A DNA stretch of 64,000 bases from Octopus bimaculoides. Taxonomy: Eukaryota. The stretch lies in assembly GCF_001194135.2 (NCBI RefSeq), contig NC_068983.1:44325664-44389663 (forward strand), in the 5' to 3' direction. Below, piece by piece: positions 12,894 through 26,288 of this stretch. A model generated the notes under the pieces. The model was not told the DNA's origin. It did no database searches and saw only the letters and a list, made by a program, of their open reading frames with translations. How positions within the stretch are numbered: position 1 is the first letter of the stretch; each line of letters opens with the position of its first letter. Both the position numbers and the translations under genes were made by a program.

Positions 12894-15457
12894 CATACAT
12901 ACATACATAAAAGCCCACCACCACACATAGCAATATAACTAAGGCAACATCAATAAATTTAATTACAACAGCAGGTCAATTGAATTATTCTTTGCAGCTA
13001 ATTGTTAATATAGTTTTGCAAGGAAAATAAATTGCGATAAAAACCAGCTAATGAATAATAGTCAAAACTATTAAAGAAAGAAAGAAGGAAACAACAATTC
13101 TAAATAGCACTTTTCACACAGACTGTAGAATTTAAAGAGGACTTCAAAATATTTCATAGAAAGTGTAACTGGTAGAGACAAGAGCTGCCTACTTGGCAAC
13201 TTGTGGCTTAATATAGTCTGCCATTGAATATTGTGTTGTGGTTGAGATGTATCTGTGTGTTAAGTTTGCTGCTCAACCACATGGTTTCAGGTTCAGTCTC
13301 ACTGCATGGCACCTTGGGGGAAGTGTCTTCTACTATAGCCCCAGGTTGGCCAAAGCACTATGAGTGGATTTGGTAGATGGAAACAAAGAAACCCAGTCTC
13401 ACATGCATGTGGAGTGTGTGTGGGTGGTGTGAGTGGTGTGGTGTATGGGTGGTGTGTGAGTGGTGTGGTGAGTGGAGTGTGAGTGGTGTGGTGAGTACCC
13501 GGAGTGTGAGTGGTGTGATGAGTGGGTGGAGTGTGAGTGGTGTGGTGAGTGGTGTGTTGTGTGGGGGTAGCATGTGGCATGCGTGGCGTGTGTATGTGTG
13601 ATGAGGAGCATGGTGTGTGTGTGTGTATGCATGCATGCATCCCACCACTGCTTGACAACTGGTGTTAGTGTATTTATGTCCCCATAACTTAGCATTCTAG
13701 CAAAACAGACTGATAGAGTGCCACTCTACACAGTCATACTGGGGCACCATCTTGTTCTTGTAGTCGAATAAAATACCTATGTTTTTCAACGCCCGGTACT
13801 TTTTCTATCAGTATCTTTTGCCGAACGGCTAAGTAACAGAGATGCACACACACACCAACATTGGTTGTCAAGCAGTGGTAAGGGACAAACATACACACAC
13901 GCACATATACAGCAGGCTTCTTTCAGTTTCCATCAATCAAATCCACTCACAACACTGACATTTGCCCAAGGTGGCATGCAGTGGGACTGAACCCAGAACC
14001 ATGTGATTGGGAAAGAAACTTCTTACCACACAGCCATGCCTATGTCTGCTGTTGCGTCCACCATTCTGATTAGGTGGCCACTATTATTTTCAAATTCCAT
14101 ATCCACTGTGCATTTTATCTTAGTAGGTTTCATGTTATTTAAGCATGTAAACAGAAGGTTAGCTAAGCTGGAGGGTGATATCAATTTTGGTGTAGATAAA
14201 CATCTTAGATTTGTTAAATGTTTGAGCATGGTGAGGTAAATCCAGAGTTATATAAGCTGTAGATAAAGCACACGACTGAGGATATTCACAGAAATGGGGG
14301 GGGGGGAAGGTGCGGAAGGATAAAGAGTTTAATCATGTTGATACAAGGGGAAAATCAAGAGAGAATTTATTATATTACTGCTTTACACCCGTTTATTTTT
14401 ATACTGCCATCAGTGAGAGGAGTTTTATATATCCTTTTATTTTTTTTGCTCATTGACTGCGGCCATGCTGGAGCACCACCTTTTAGTTGAAGAAATCGAC
14501 CCCTGGACTTTTTCTTTGTAAGCCCGGTACTTATTCTATCGGTCTCTTTTGCTGAACCTCTAAGTTACGGGACAAACACACAAAGCTCGGTTGTTAAGCA
14601 ATGGTGGAGGGACAAACAGACAAATTCAGTTTCCATCTAACAAATCCACCCACAAGGCTTTGGTCAGCCCAAGGTTATAGAAGACACTCACCCAAGGTGC
14701 CACGCAGTGGGACTGAACGTGGGACTATGTCAAATGCAATGTTTGTTTATTCACATTGTTTTGAATTTATCCGCCGACGTGATTGTTTATTTTTACAATG
14801 GCATTGTAGGATTACTGAGAGAGGTCAGATTTGGCTGGATTGAACATGAAACAGGTAGAATACCTTAGCCTAATATGGATGGTTTAAATGCTAAAGGGTT
14901 AAAGAGCCAACAGAAATGTCATGAAACATTTGGACTTCTCAATTTTACAGGTTTAACCTCTATAATAAACCATTATCTAATTCATGACTAACGGATTTTT
15001 ATGCTGAAAACTACTTGGTATTCAGTAGAGAAACGTAGTAGTAGTATAGTAGTAGTAGTGTTTTCTTTCATGGCATGCAAAAAGAAGAGAATGAAAAGTC
15101 CTTCACCAAATTTAGATCAAATGTAAAAAGAATCCACTTGAGTTGAAACAGTTTGGATAATGGAAGTAGTTGTCAATTTGTCTTCTTAATCCTGATATAT
15201 TTTTAACACTGTAATATTAGGTTCTAAAACTTAGAGAGCAATTAAAATGGTATGCCAAAATTACATAATTTCTGCTTGTTTGAGTGTGTACATTATAAAA
15301 ATGATGCATGTATATATATATAAAACAAAGTAAAGTTGTAAGATACCGCACGAGTGGAAATATATATGAAAGAAGGTTTGAAAATGCAATTTTAAAGATG
15401 TTTATTCACTTCACCGGTTTCATTTTTTTAGAAAAGGATTGTCAAAAGTACAATGTA

Positions 15458-15542
15458 AAGCTTTGTATAAGCTTTGTTGTGTTAAGTACTAATACTTTTT
15501 GTGACAACCAATGCTTAACACAACAAAGCTTATACAAAGCTT
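15458..15542. repeat. Perfect 29-bp inverted repeat with a 27-nt loop, abutting a gap
   Basis: AAGCTTTGTATAAGCTTTGTTGTGTTAAG (15458-15486) and its exact reverse complement (15514-15542). Confidence 0.9.
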
Positions 15543-15642
15543 NNNNNNNNNNNNNNNNNNNNNNNNNNNNNNNNNNNNNNNNNNNNNNNNNNNNNNNNNN
15601 NNNNNNNNNNNNNNNNNNNNNNNNNNNNNNNNNNNNNNNNNN

Positions 15643-15673
<31 letters not shown>

Positions 15674-18261
15674 TATATATACATACATACATACATACAT
15701 ACATACACGGGTGTGTATGATTGTGTCTAGAATATATTACTCAAAGAAATTCCAACTTTGATTTTCACATTTTATTTACAAGTAAAAAGCACCCACTACA
15801 CTCTGAGTGGTTGGCGTTAGGAAGGGCATCCAGCTGTAGAAACTCTGCCAAATCAGACTGGAGTCTGGTGCAGCCTCCTGGCTTGCCAGTCCCCAGTCAA
15901 CCGTCCAACCCATGTCTGCATGGAAAGTGTAGGTTACATGATGATGATGAAATGGTAGAATATTAAATATCCATTCTGATTGAACTAGCACTTTCATGCA
16001 TTAAACTATGCAATCTTGAGGGTCGTATAGCTAGCTGGAAATGATGTTTCCAGCTGGCTAAACAACAGTAACATTCATCCCATTCAGGATTGCCACATTA
16101 TGTTGGCACAAAGTTTTTACTTTAAAGTATTGTTACTGAATATCTCTCTTTGAGAGATTTAGAAATAATGTTTCTATTTATATATATATATATATATATA
16201 TAATACACACGCACACACACATACACACACATTTAGATAGAGCATAAAAAATACAGAATACCAAGAAAAGAATACACATATATATAATGTGTGTGTGTCT
16301 ACTTCCTAACAGTTTTAGTCAACCTGGGCCTATAGAAGATAATTGCCCAAGATGCTGTGCAATGGAAATTTCTTAACCACAAACTACAGCTGTTGAACTT
16401 GGCTGTATGAACTTGAAACAAAAGCTGCCACTTCTAAATAGATTTTTGGATTTGATACACAATCTGGAATACTTAAAATAGTACAGTGGTTTTGTTTGGT
16501 CTGATCAATTCATGCACCACTTGTACCAGCACAAGGTTTCTCAATGACAACACTCCACACACAAACACACACCAAAAGCTATTTCAACACATGTAAAACT
16601 TAAAACACACAATCAAATGAAATCTAAAACAAGATTTTTTCAAGTATTAACTGTTAAATATTTATATCTGGGTCCAAACACTTGTCCAGTTCAGCAATGT
16701 TAACACACGAGTATATACACGTGAGCGCTAGCACGCACGTGTGTGTGTGTGTGTGTGTGATCATCATCATCGTTTAACATCCACTTTCCATGCTGACATG
16801 GGTTGGATGGTTTGACTGGCAAACTGGGAGGCTACATCAGGCTCGAATCTGATCTGGCAAGGTTTCTACAGCTGGATGCCCTTCCTAAAGCCAACCACTC
16901 CAAGAGTGTAGTGGGTCCTTTTGACATGCCAGCGGCACAGGGGCCATGGCACTGACCACACTCGAATGGTGCTTTTTATATGCCACCAGCATGGGAGCCA
17001 GTCCAACAGCACTGGCATCAACTATGCTTAAATGGTGTGTGTATGTGTATATATAATGTGAAAATAATATGGGTAGAAAATTTAGAAAAATTTTCATACC
17101 GGTGGCTATCTTGCATAATAAAGTCAGACAGATAACATATTTTCATATATAATAGTGTACAAACAATTTACGTATTTATACACGAAAGAGGTAACATTTG
17201 ACAGGACACCTTACACGCTAGAAAGGGCAGTCAAAACCCAAACTATGAATAAAAGTAATTTCAAAGAGAATGAAAATATATATATATATATATATATATA
17301 AATAATACAAAATGGGACAAGAACGCAAAACATCCAGAGTTAGGTGATACAAGAAAGGGACAAAACATACAGATGGACAATACAAAGAAAACACGGACAT
17401 GTCATTCGGAGTTTTCTCTCTTCAGTCGAGATCCAGATTATCCTTGCAATATATATATATATGGTTAGGGATCACAGTGAGATGACTCAGTGCATTTAAA
17501 CCCTTTGTCTTCAACAAGAAATTTCCTATGACAAAATTGAGTGATTAGCTTTCTTATAGGTTTGAATATGCCTCAAGCATATTTGAACTGGTAACAAGTT
17601 TGTTTCTCTACACATCGCTGCTTAGTGGTCACCTTATGTTTGTGTGTTAGTGGAAAAGAACATGTTGACAGAGAGAGGGGGGGAGGGAGTAGTTCACCCA
17701 GCGATGAACTTCAGAAAGTACAATGTTAATCCTTTAGTTCCATAGTCTTGGCAGTTTAGGAAATTATCTTAGATGTTAAAATATAATTAAATTTTAAAAA
17801 AAAATTAAAACTCTAAAATATAGGCATAGGAGTGGCTGTGTGGTAAGTAGCTTGCTTACTAACCACATGGTTCCGGGTTCAGTCCCACTGGGTGACACCT
17901 TGGGCAACTGTCTTCTACTATAGCCTTGGGTCGACCAAAGCTTTGTGAGTGGATTTGGTAGATGGAAACTGAAAGAAGCCCGTCGTATATGTGTGTGTGT
18001 GTGTGTGTGTGTNNNNNNNNNNNNNNNNNNNNNNNNNNNNNNNNNNNNNNNNNNNNNNNNNNNNNNNNNNNNNNNNNNNNNNNNNNNNNNNNNNNNNNNN
18101 NNNNNNNNNNNNNNNNNNNNNNNNNNNNNNNNNNNNNNNNNNNNNNNNNNNNNNNNNNNNNNNNNNNNNNNNNNNNNNNNNNNNNNNNNNNNNNNNNNNN
18201 NNNNNNNNNNNNNNNNNNNNNNNNNNNNNNNNNNNNNNNNNNNNNNNNNNNNNNNNNNNNN

Positions 18262-19030
18262 GGAAGTGGGGAGAGGGGCAATACTACAAATTATATTTAA
18301 GATTCTACATAGAGTTAAAGATGATATAAAAAGTGTCATGCATGTGAATAGTAACACTGTATCAATCCCCGGAAGAAGGATGAAAAGCAAAAAAGAAAAA
18401 AAACAGAAGATCAACCTCAAAGAGATTCAGCCTTTGAAAGCTGAGACATTAAATACTTTATATAACAATGAGCAAATAAAACTCAAACTGGACGGTGACA
18501 GGTTTTTGAACAACACAGGTATATCAAATACCATACAACAAATTCTTGATTCATTAAAATTTGTCTATTTCTAGACGATCTATCATAATTACTAAACAGG
18601 AACTGTGATCAGCCCCACCTGTAAAGGGGCAAATGTTGTAAAAGACAGAGTTATTGTTTGGAGATAATGTGTGTTTGCCTCAGTAGCCATCATCAGCATG
18701 ACAACTACTTGACCTTGTCTTCAGTAGGCAAGGGACATAGATGTACACAAAAAAAGAGAAGTTATTTATGGTTGGGTAATTTGCACAGGTAAAAAGATGG
18801 AAGTTCGTCTGATATGGTCATCTATCCATCCACAAGTCTGGTACAGAAAACATTCTACATGGCACATTTGAGTGAGGGCAAAAGAGAGGCAGAGAAAATC
18901 CTGGTTTGACAACATCAAGGAGTGGACCGGTCACAACACTGCAAACCTGCTACACACAACAAAGAATTGAGACCAGTGGTGACAGATGATGACAAAGGTG
19001 TCTAGTAGCACCTTGAGGACCAGCTGCATT
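18262..19030 (+). mobile_element. Degenerate, internally deleted RTE-type LINE
   Basis: The 3' part translates to ...NILHGTFE*GQKRG..KSWFDNIKEWTG. The 5' part (IPGRRMKSKK...ETLNTL...KLKLD) resembles an endonuclease-RT linker. Confidence 0.55.
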
Positions 19031-19624
19031 AATAAAGGGATCTTGGCGATGATGAAGAAAAGCACATGAGCAAGGGATGTAACTCGAATTGGCCAGAGGC
19101 ATGTGAATTCGAAGCAAGCAATTGCCTTCTAAGTGTGGAAAATTTAAGGTATACTACGTTCTATCACAAACAAACATGAAATAATATAGGCAGAAATAAA
19201 AGAAATAAGTCGGTTGCTTTGAAAGGATTAAAGAAATATTTTAAATAGGAATTAATGAGCAGTTGATTTCTAACTAATCTATTATGGATTAGCATAGAAA
19301 CGGATGTAAAGCAGAGCTTTAATATATATAGCTGTCTGCATGTATGAATCAGGTCAATAGGTTTTCAAACTCATGGCTGATTATTTATAATAATAATAAT
19401 TAAGAGTGTTATAATGGTTTCTGAAGAAATATTGATTTTGAATTTTGGCACAAGGTCAGCAGTTTTGTGGGGAGGGAGATAGCCTACATCAACCCTTGTG
19501 CTCTGATATTTTATCAACCCTGAAAGGATGAAAGACAAAGTTGACCCCAGTGGCATCTGAATTAAAGTGTCTTGCTGAAGTACACAATACGTCACTGGTT
19601 ATTGAACTAAATCACAATCAAAAA

Positions 19625-19970
19625 TGGAAACAGTAGTTGTGGCCGATGCCAGTGCCACCTGACAGGCTCCTCTTGACAGTGGCATGCAATAAGCACCATT
19701 CATGCATGGGTTGTTGCCAGTGCCACCTGACTGGCTCCCCATACCAGTGGCATGTAAAAAGCAACATCTGAATGTGGTCGATGCCAGCCACCCCGCCCTG
19801 ACTGGCTCCTGTGCCGGTAACATGTAAAAAGCACCATCCAAACGTGGCCGATACTACTGCCGCATGACTGGCTCCCATGCTGGTGGCATGTAAAAAGCAC
19901 CCACTACACTCTCAGGGTGATTGGCATTAGGAAGGGCATCCAGGTGTAGAAACCCTGCCAGATCAGATTG
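19625..19970 (+). mobile_element. RTE 3' UTR fragment with four ~66-70 bp tandem units
   Basis: Four units of the form gtggccgatgccagt...tgactggctcc...ggcatgtaaaaagcacc precede the module cccactacactctc...ggttggcattaggaagggcatcc. Confidence 0.7.
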
Positions 19971-21181
19971 CCCTTGCTTACCCACCAACCTCAGTTTTTA
20001 GACACAAGTGGTCCAGAGACCAAGGCCTCTACCACGATTTTTAAGAAACGTAGTGGAAAGCTAGCTCAGGAAGGCAGGGACACTACTCTCTGAGACCTGT
20101 TTTGGAGCCACCACCCCCCCCACTACCTAGATGTTAAAAATCTGAACTTCACAAGGTACATTCATTTCATCAGCTAAACAAGGCCCGCAAATGAGCAGAA
20201 CTCCTTACTCTCATCATTCAACATTCACTTGCAAGTATTACAATGTATAAAGCTGTGCATATTTGTATTCATTTCGCTACAGTGTAGGAGAGGAGTCACA
20301 AAGTGTACACAAATGAATGTATCTTTTATCATTCATTTGTTTCAGTCATTTGACTGTGGCCATTCTGGGGCACTACCTTGAAAAATTTGAGTTGAATGAT
20401 TCATCTCCAGTACTTTTTTTGTTTTTAAGCTTGGCACTTAATGTTCTTTTTTTGCCAAGCTGCTAAGTTACAGGGACACGAACACACCAACACCAGTTGT
20501 TGAGAGGTGGTGGTGGTGGTGCAAACACAGACACAAAGACACACACACACACAATGGGCTTTCAGTTTCTGCCAGCCAAATCCACTCCCAAGGTTTTGGT
20601 CAGTCTGAGATTATAGTAGAAGACACTTGGGACTGAACCTGGAACTATGAGGTTAGGAAGCAAACTTCTAATCACATGGCCACTCCTGTGGTTATTGATA
20701 AAAAATGTCAGGAATGATAATTTATTGAATCAAAGCTTGAACCAACGACATCCAGTTGACTTATAGATAAGGACCTGATTGTCAAGGATTAGAATACACA
20801 AGACAACCTTACACATTACCTAATTCACAGTGGCATTTCTGTTCATATGTTTGGCTTTTGTTATTGTTTTAAATAATGTTAACAACAACAGAAAGCAAGG
20901 TAAACTGCTGACGTGAACTACAGGCTCAGGTGGTAATGATGAAATACTAAGTTGCTATTCAAACAAGGTATATAGAAGATTAATGATATACATGTGCAGT
21001 CATTGTCATTTAATATTTGGAGGTGCATAATAGTGTTAATCATATGTCATATGAAAGGAAATAATTTGGTTGTATGATTAATGAGTTAGAAGATATTTGT
21101 AATTTTAAAAAAATGGTACAACTTTTGAGATAGGAGTAATCAACTTAACCCTTTTTAGCATTCAGATTATTCTGTTAAATG

Positions 21182-21424
21182 CAGAGCTGTGGAGTCAAAA
21201 CAAAAAACTTCGACTATGGCTCCTCTGGCTCCTCTTTATGTAATTTAAGTGATCGTGGTCTACATATCTCAAAGCATATGCATGCGCTTGAACTTTGAGT
21301 AGGCCTATATGTTCTAACTGGTGTATATTAAAGAATAAAGGTATTGTGAGTCACAGTTGGTATAGCTTTACTGACTGACTCCAGTTACCCCTTAACTGTT
21401 TCCGACTCCGACTCGACAGCCCTG
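21182..21424. mobile_element. hAT-type MITE nested in a piggyBac-like MITE
   Basis: Termini CAGAGCTGTGGAGTC / GACTCGACAGCCCTG and a perfect 8-bp TSD GTTAAATG (21174-21181, 21425-21432). Confidence 0.85.
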
Positions 21425-21830
21425 GTTAAATGTAAAGCGTATTGATTCACATTGCTTTGAATTAACCTTGAATTATCTTGTAGCTTCAAGTGTTTGATGA
21501 TGCAGTAGTTTATTTTAAAAATGACATGTTCCACTCTCATACAACTCCTATATACCTTTCCTTTCATCTTCAATGCACATACATAAACAGGCTTCTTTTT
21601 AAGTTTCCAGCTAAATGATCCATCCATTAGGCTTTGAACAGTCCAGGGATATAGAAGACACCTCAACAAGGTACTATGCAAGGGAACTGAACCCAAGACC
21701 ACATGGGTAGAAAGTTTTATATCCTTGGCAAACATTGGATATATAATTTAACGATGCAGAGGTAATTTCAATGTGTTCACATGATGTACTTTGTGAGACT
21801 CCAAAACACCCTCTCAATGACACCTACCAA

Positions 21831-22788
21831 CCTCTTTCCCAACCAAATGCTACTCTTTATAAGAGTTTGGCCAGTCCATTCTTCCAATCCCCCAGGGGTG
21901 TCAATGACTCACCACAACATCTCCCCCTTTGAGATTGACTTTTGTTGGAAGTTAATATTTTTATCTTTATTTCAACACCTCTCCCTTTTTGAGATTTTCC
22001 TCCTAGAGAAGTTTAATATTTCTTCTGTGTAGGCACTACTTCCAACTGTTCTGTTTGTTTCCTTTTTCTTATGGTGTTGGAACATCAAAGGTGTCATAGA
22101 ACACTTCCATGGGTATCTCTTTTTTTCAATACATTCTTTCCAGAATTTTTTGTTTGACCATTTTTTTTTTTTGCTATACAACGTGAGCTTTTTATGTCCG
22201 ATTTTTTCACACTCAAAACAATTACGATTTTTTAAAAGGACAATTACTTCGCAAATGTAAATCTCCACACCCACAGCATGGATTTTGTCTTCACATTTGT
22301 TTTTCCTTTTTCTTATCTGTTTCAGGTTGACACACATATATCTGTGTGCAATCTTTTTCTTCAATTTCATCTTCGTTTCCACAACTTGTTACCAGATATT
22401 GTAACATGATTGTTACCTGACTTATGCAATACTCTTTGTTGCACACAGCACTTGTTTTTCATTGTTCTAAGCGCTCTTGTTTATTGCTCGAACGGACTTT
22501 AGTGCAATTTTCTAACCCCAAAAAGACATCTCTACCTGGTTAACATTGCACAGCTGCATCCAATATATTGTGAACACGGTAATCGAACCCCTACCACATT
22601 CTAACAACGGGACCAACACAGTAATTCAAACAACTACCATTATAGCAACTTACAGGTTCACTGCAAGTTCAACGTAGAACTAACACACCAACAGCTTCTG
22701 CTGACCTCTTTCTCAACCAATATGCTACTCTGTTCGGCCAGTCCATTCTTCCAATACCCCAGGGGTGTCAATGACTCACGCCACAACA
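21831..22788 (-). mobile_element. Compact non-autonomous LTR retrotransposon: 5' LTR, PBS-like site, gag relic, PPT, truncated 3' LTR
   Basis: Direct repeat 21831-21919 / 22705-22788 starting TGTTGT on the minus strand. PPT AAAGGGGGAGA at 21920-21930. Putative 5' LTR 22400-22788 (TG...CA, AATAAA at 22480-22485). TGGTAACAAG at 22385-22394. Internal ORF 21972..22382 carries a degenerate zinc knuckle CFECEKIGH. Confidence 0.75.
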
Positions 22789-23004
22789 GAAAGCAAGCAT
22801 CCTAACAGCAGCCATACATGTGCCTGAATAAATAAATTTGTTTTACAATTGTTTTTTTCATGCCAGGATTGGTTTTGATGTGAAGACAGAGGCAGATTTT
22901 AGTGGCTGGATTTGATGCCATCCATTACCTACTTTTCAGGTGTGGGATTGTATATTTTTTTAAATTCCACTGATCTCGAAAAGCACAAAATTAAAGGACA
23001 TTGT

Positions 23005-23362
23005 TCGCAGGAGTGGCTGTGTGTTAAGTAGCTTGCTTACCAACCACATGGTTCCAGGTTCAGTCCCACTGCGTGGCACCTTGGGCAAGTGTTTTCTACT
23101 ATAGCCTCGGGCCGACCAAAGCCTTGTGAGTGGATTTGGTAGACGGAAACTGAAAGAAACTTGTCGTATATATGTATATATATATGTGTATATGTTTGTG
23201 TGTCTGTGTTTGTCCCCTCAACATCGCTTGACAACCGAGTGGTGTGTTTATATCCCCGTAACTTAGTGGTTCGGCAAAAGAGACCGATAGAATAAGTACT
23301 AGGCTTCCAAAGAATAAGTCCTGGGGTCGATTTGCTTGACTAAAGGTGGTGCTCCAGCATGG
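23005..23362 (+). mobile_element. SINE family A, young copy running into a gap
   Basis: Near-consensus head with retained CpGs. Confidence 0.85.
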
Positions 23363-23987
23363 NNNNNNNNNNNNNNNNNNNNNNNNNNNNNNNNNNNNNN
23401 NNNNNNNNNNNNNNNNNNNNNNNNNNNNNNNNNNNNNNNNNNNNNNNNNNNNNNNNNNNNNNNNNNNNNNNNNNNNNNNNNNNNNNNNNNNNNNNNNAAC
23501 CATTTTGTTCAGATGATGTCATGCAAAGACACAAAAAAGAAAAACACACACGCACACACACACACACAATGGGCTTCTGTCAACCCAATGCATTATTAGA
23601 TGACCCTTGTCTAAAGTGCTACAAAGTGGAACAGAACCCAAAGTCACGTGGTTGTCAAATTTTGGGATGCGCTATGGGTTTTATAGACAGAAGTTAACCC
23701 TTGTGAGACACCGGCAGCACATGACCGGAACTGAGGGGAGGATATAAATTGCAGTCTCCTGAAACGCGTGGGGAAGAGTCACTAACATGAGGTTTGCTGT
23801 GGTGCATCAAAATTTGGACATTAATACGCAATGTTCATTCTGGCATCCCTGCATCTACAGACAATATTAGCTGGATAGCAGTCTAGTTGGTCATTACTCC
23901 GACATAAATCCACTCCTACCAGCTAAGAAGACATTCCAGTGGTTACAAAGTGAACTCCATATTTTAGTGCTTAACAAAACTTAATTG

Positions 23988-24652
23988 ACCAAACTTGAAA
24001 AGGTGAAAGAAAATCTTGTCACAAGTATGACTTGAACTCTTAACATTAAAATGAATACAGCTAAAGAGTACAAAAACAGAATGAGGTTAGCTGCATAAAA
24101 GGTGATTCAGCTGTTTTCACCATCTTTTACTTGTTTCAGTCATTAGATTGCGACCAAGCTGGGGCACTGCTTTGAAGAAATTTTAGTCAAATGTATCAAC
24201 CCCACTTATTTCCATTTTTTTTTTTTAAAGCCTGGTCCTTATTCTATTGGTCTCTTTGGCCAAACCATTAAGTTACAGGGACATAAGCTCACCAGCACTA
24301 GCTGTCAAGTGGTGGTAGTGGTGGTGGTAACACAGACACACATATTGGGCTTCTTTCAGTTTCCATCCACAAAATCCACTCACAAGGCTTTGGTCAGCCC
24401 AAGGCTATAGAAGACGACGCTTGCCCAAGGTGTCACACAATGTGATTGAACCTGAAACTATGTGGTTAGGAAGTAAACTTCCTACCACATGGCCACTCCT
24501 GCACCTTAACAAGACAATTTACCAACCTTGAAAAAGTGAAAGAAAAGGTTTTGTCACCAGCAAGATCCGAACTCAAAACATTAAACAAAATAAACTACTG
24601 CAAAAAGAGAATGAGGTTAGCTGCATAAAAGGTGATTCAGCTATTTTCACCA
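23988..24652. repeat. ~135-bp direct duplication (23988-24122, 24521-24652) flanking a SINE-A
   Basis: The shared core gaatgaggttagctgcataaaaggtgattcagct(g/a)ttttcacca differs at one base. Confidence 0.85.
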
Positions 24653-26037
24653 AAGGGGTTTTGTATAATAAATAAAACTAACAGAAACAAGCTAAGAGAC
24701 TTGAACAGTACAACAATATGCTAAGTCACTACACACACACACACACACACANNNNNNNNNNNNNNNNNNNNNNNNNNNNNNNNNNNNNNNNNNNNNNNNN
24801 NNNNNNNNNNNNNNNNNNNNNNNNNNNNNNNNNNNNNNNNNNNNNNNNNNNNNNNNNNNNNNNNNNNNNNNNNNNNNNNNNNNNNNNNNNNNNNNNNNNN
24901 NNNNNNNNNNNNNNNNNNACACTCTCACTCACTGTATCCAATATCAGTAAATAATGAGTATACGTTTCATTTTTAAACCTACTTCTCTGAAAAACAAAAC
25001 ATGCTATCAGTAACATAATGGTTCACTTTTTCCACTTCAGTTAAACATGATGATGGATATCCGGTTATGGTTGGTTAGTTTGCAAGTTCATTACTTTTCC
25101 AGCAATTAAGAACTGCAGTAAGTTGAGATTTTTGATCATGACACTGTCAAAACGAGAATCTTTTTCTCCTTTTGCACAACACTCAACATAACTTCTCAAA
25201 TTGTGGTGGATCAATGTCAGAGTTTCAACTCTTCTAAATTGGCCAAATTCACAACAATTCATTGTTTATCTTGTTTCTTTATTGGACAGTGACCATTCTG
25301 TAGCACCACCATGAAGGGTTTTAGCTGACAAAATTGATCTTGGTACTTATTTTTGAAGTCTGCTGCTTGTCCTATTGGTGACTTATGCTAACCCTCTAAA
25401 TTACAGGAATGCAAAGGTAGCAACACTGGTTGTCAAGCAGTGAGGATGAAGATGACAGACACAAACACATGACACCCTTCTTTCAGTTTTCACTACTGTT
25501 CACAGGTTATAATAGAAGGCACTGTCTGCCCAAGATGCCAGACAGTGGGAATTGAACCCTAAACCATGTGGATGGGAAATGATTTTTAACCACACAACCA
25601 TCTTTCCACCCATCAATATATTGCAAAAACTGAGGTCTTTTATTTTATTTTTCTGGCTTAACAGAGTCCATGGACTTTTAATAGGGCCTTCAAGACTAGT
25701 GGAGGTAATCCTTAGAATGAAGGACCTAAACCCAATTCTTACAACAGAGTAGACTATTAAAGGTACCCATGGGCCAGGTGGTGGTGTTAAGAGAAGTGAA
25801 AATTCAAAGGGCCAGGTGGTGGCGTTAAAGCAGGTAAAGGTTCAATCCTTGTGATAGCTAAAACTTCATTTTGCATATTTTTAAAGTGTTCTCATTACTA
25901 GATACCACGCAGCAGCTTTGCATCATATCTATAGAATGGTAACTTCATATGGCATTTCTCCCCAGGATCACAAGATGCTCAAAGACAGGGGAGAATTTGT
26001 TGAAGGACACTGAGCAGATTGAGTAACCACAAAGAAT

Positions 26038-26250
26038 TTACTCTTTTACTCGTTTCAGTTATTTGACTGCAGCCAAGCTAGAGCACCGCCTTTAGTCGAG
26101 CAAATCGACCCCGGGATTTATTCTTTGTAAGCCTAATACTTATTCTATCAGTGTCCTTTTGCCAAACCGCTAAGTGACGGGGACATAAACACACTAGCAT
26201 TGGTTGTCAAACAATGCTAGGGGAACAAACACAGACACACACACACACAC

Positions 26251-26288
<38 letters not shown>

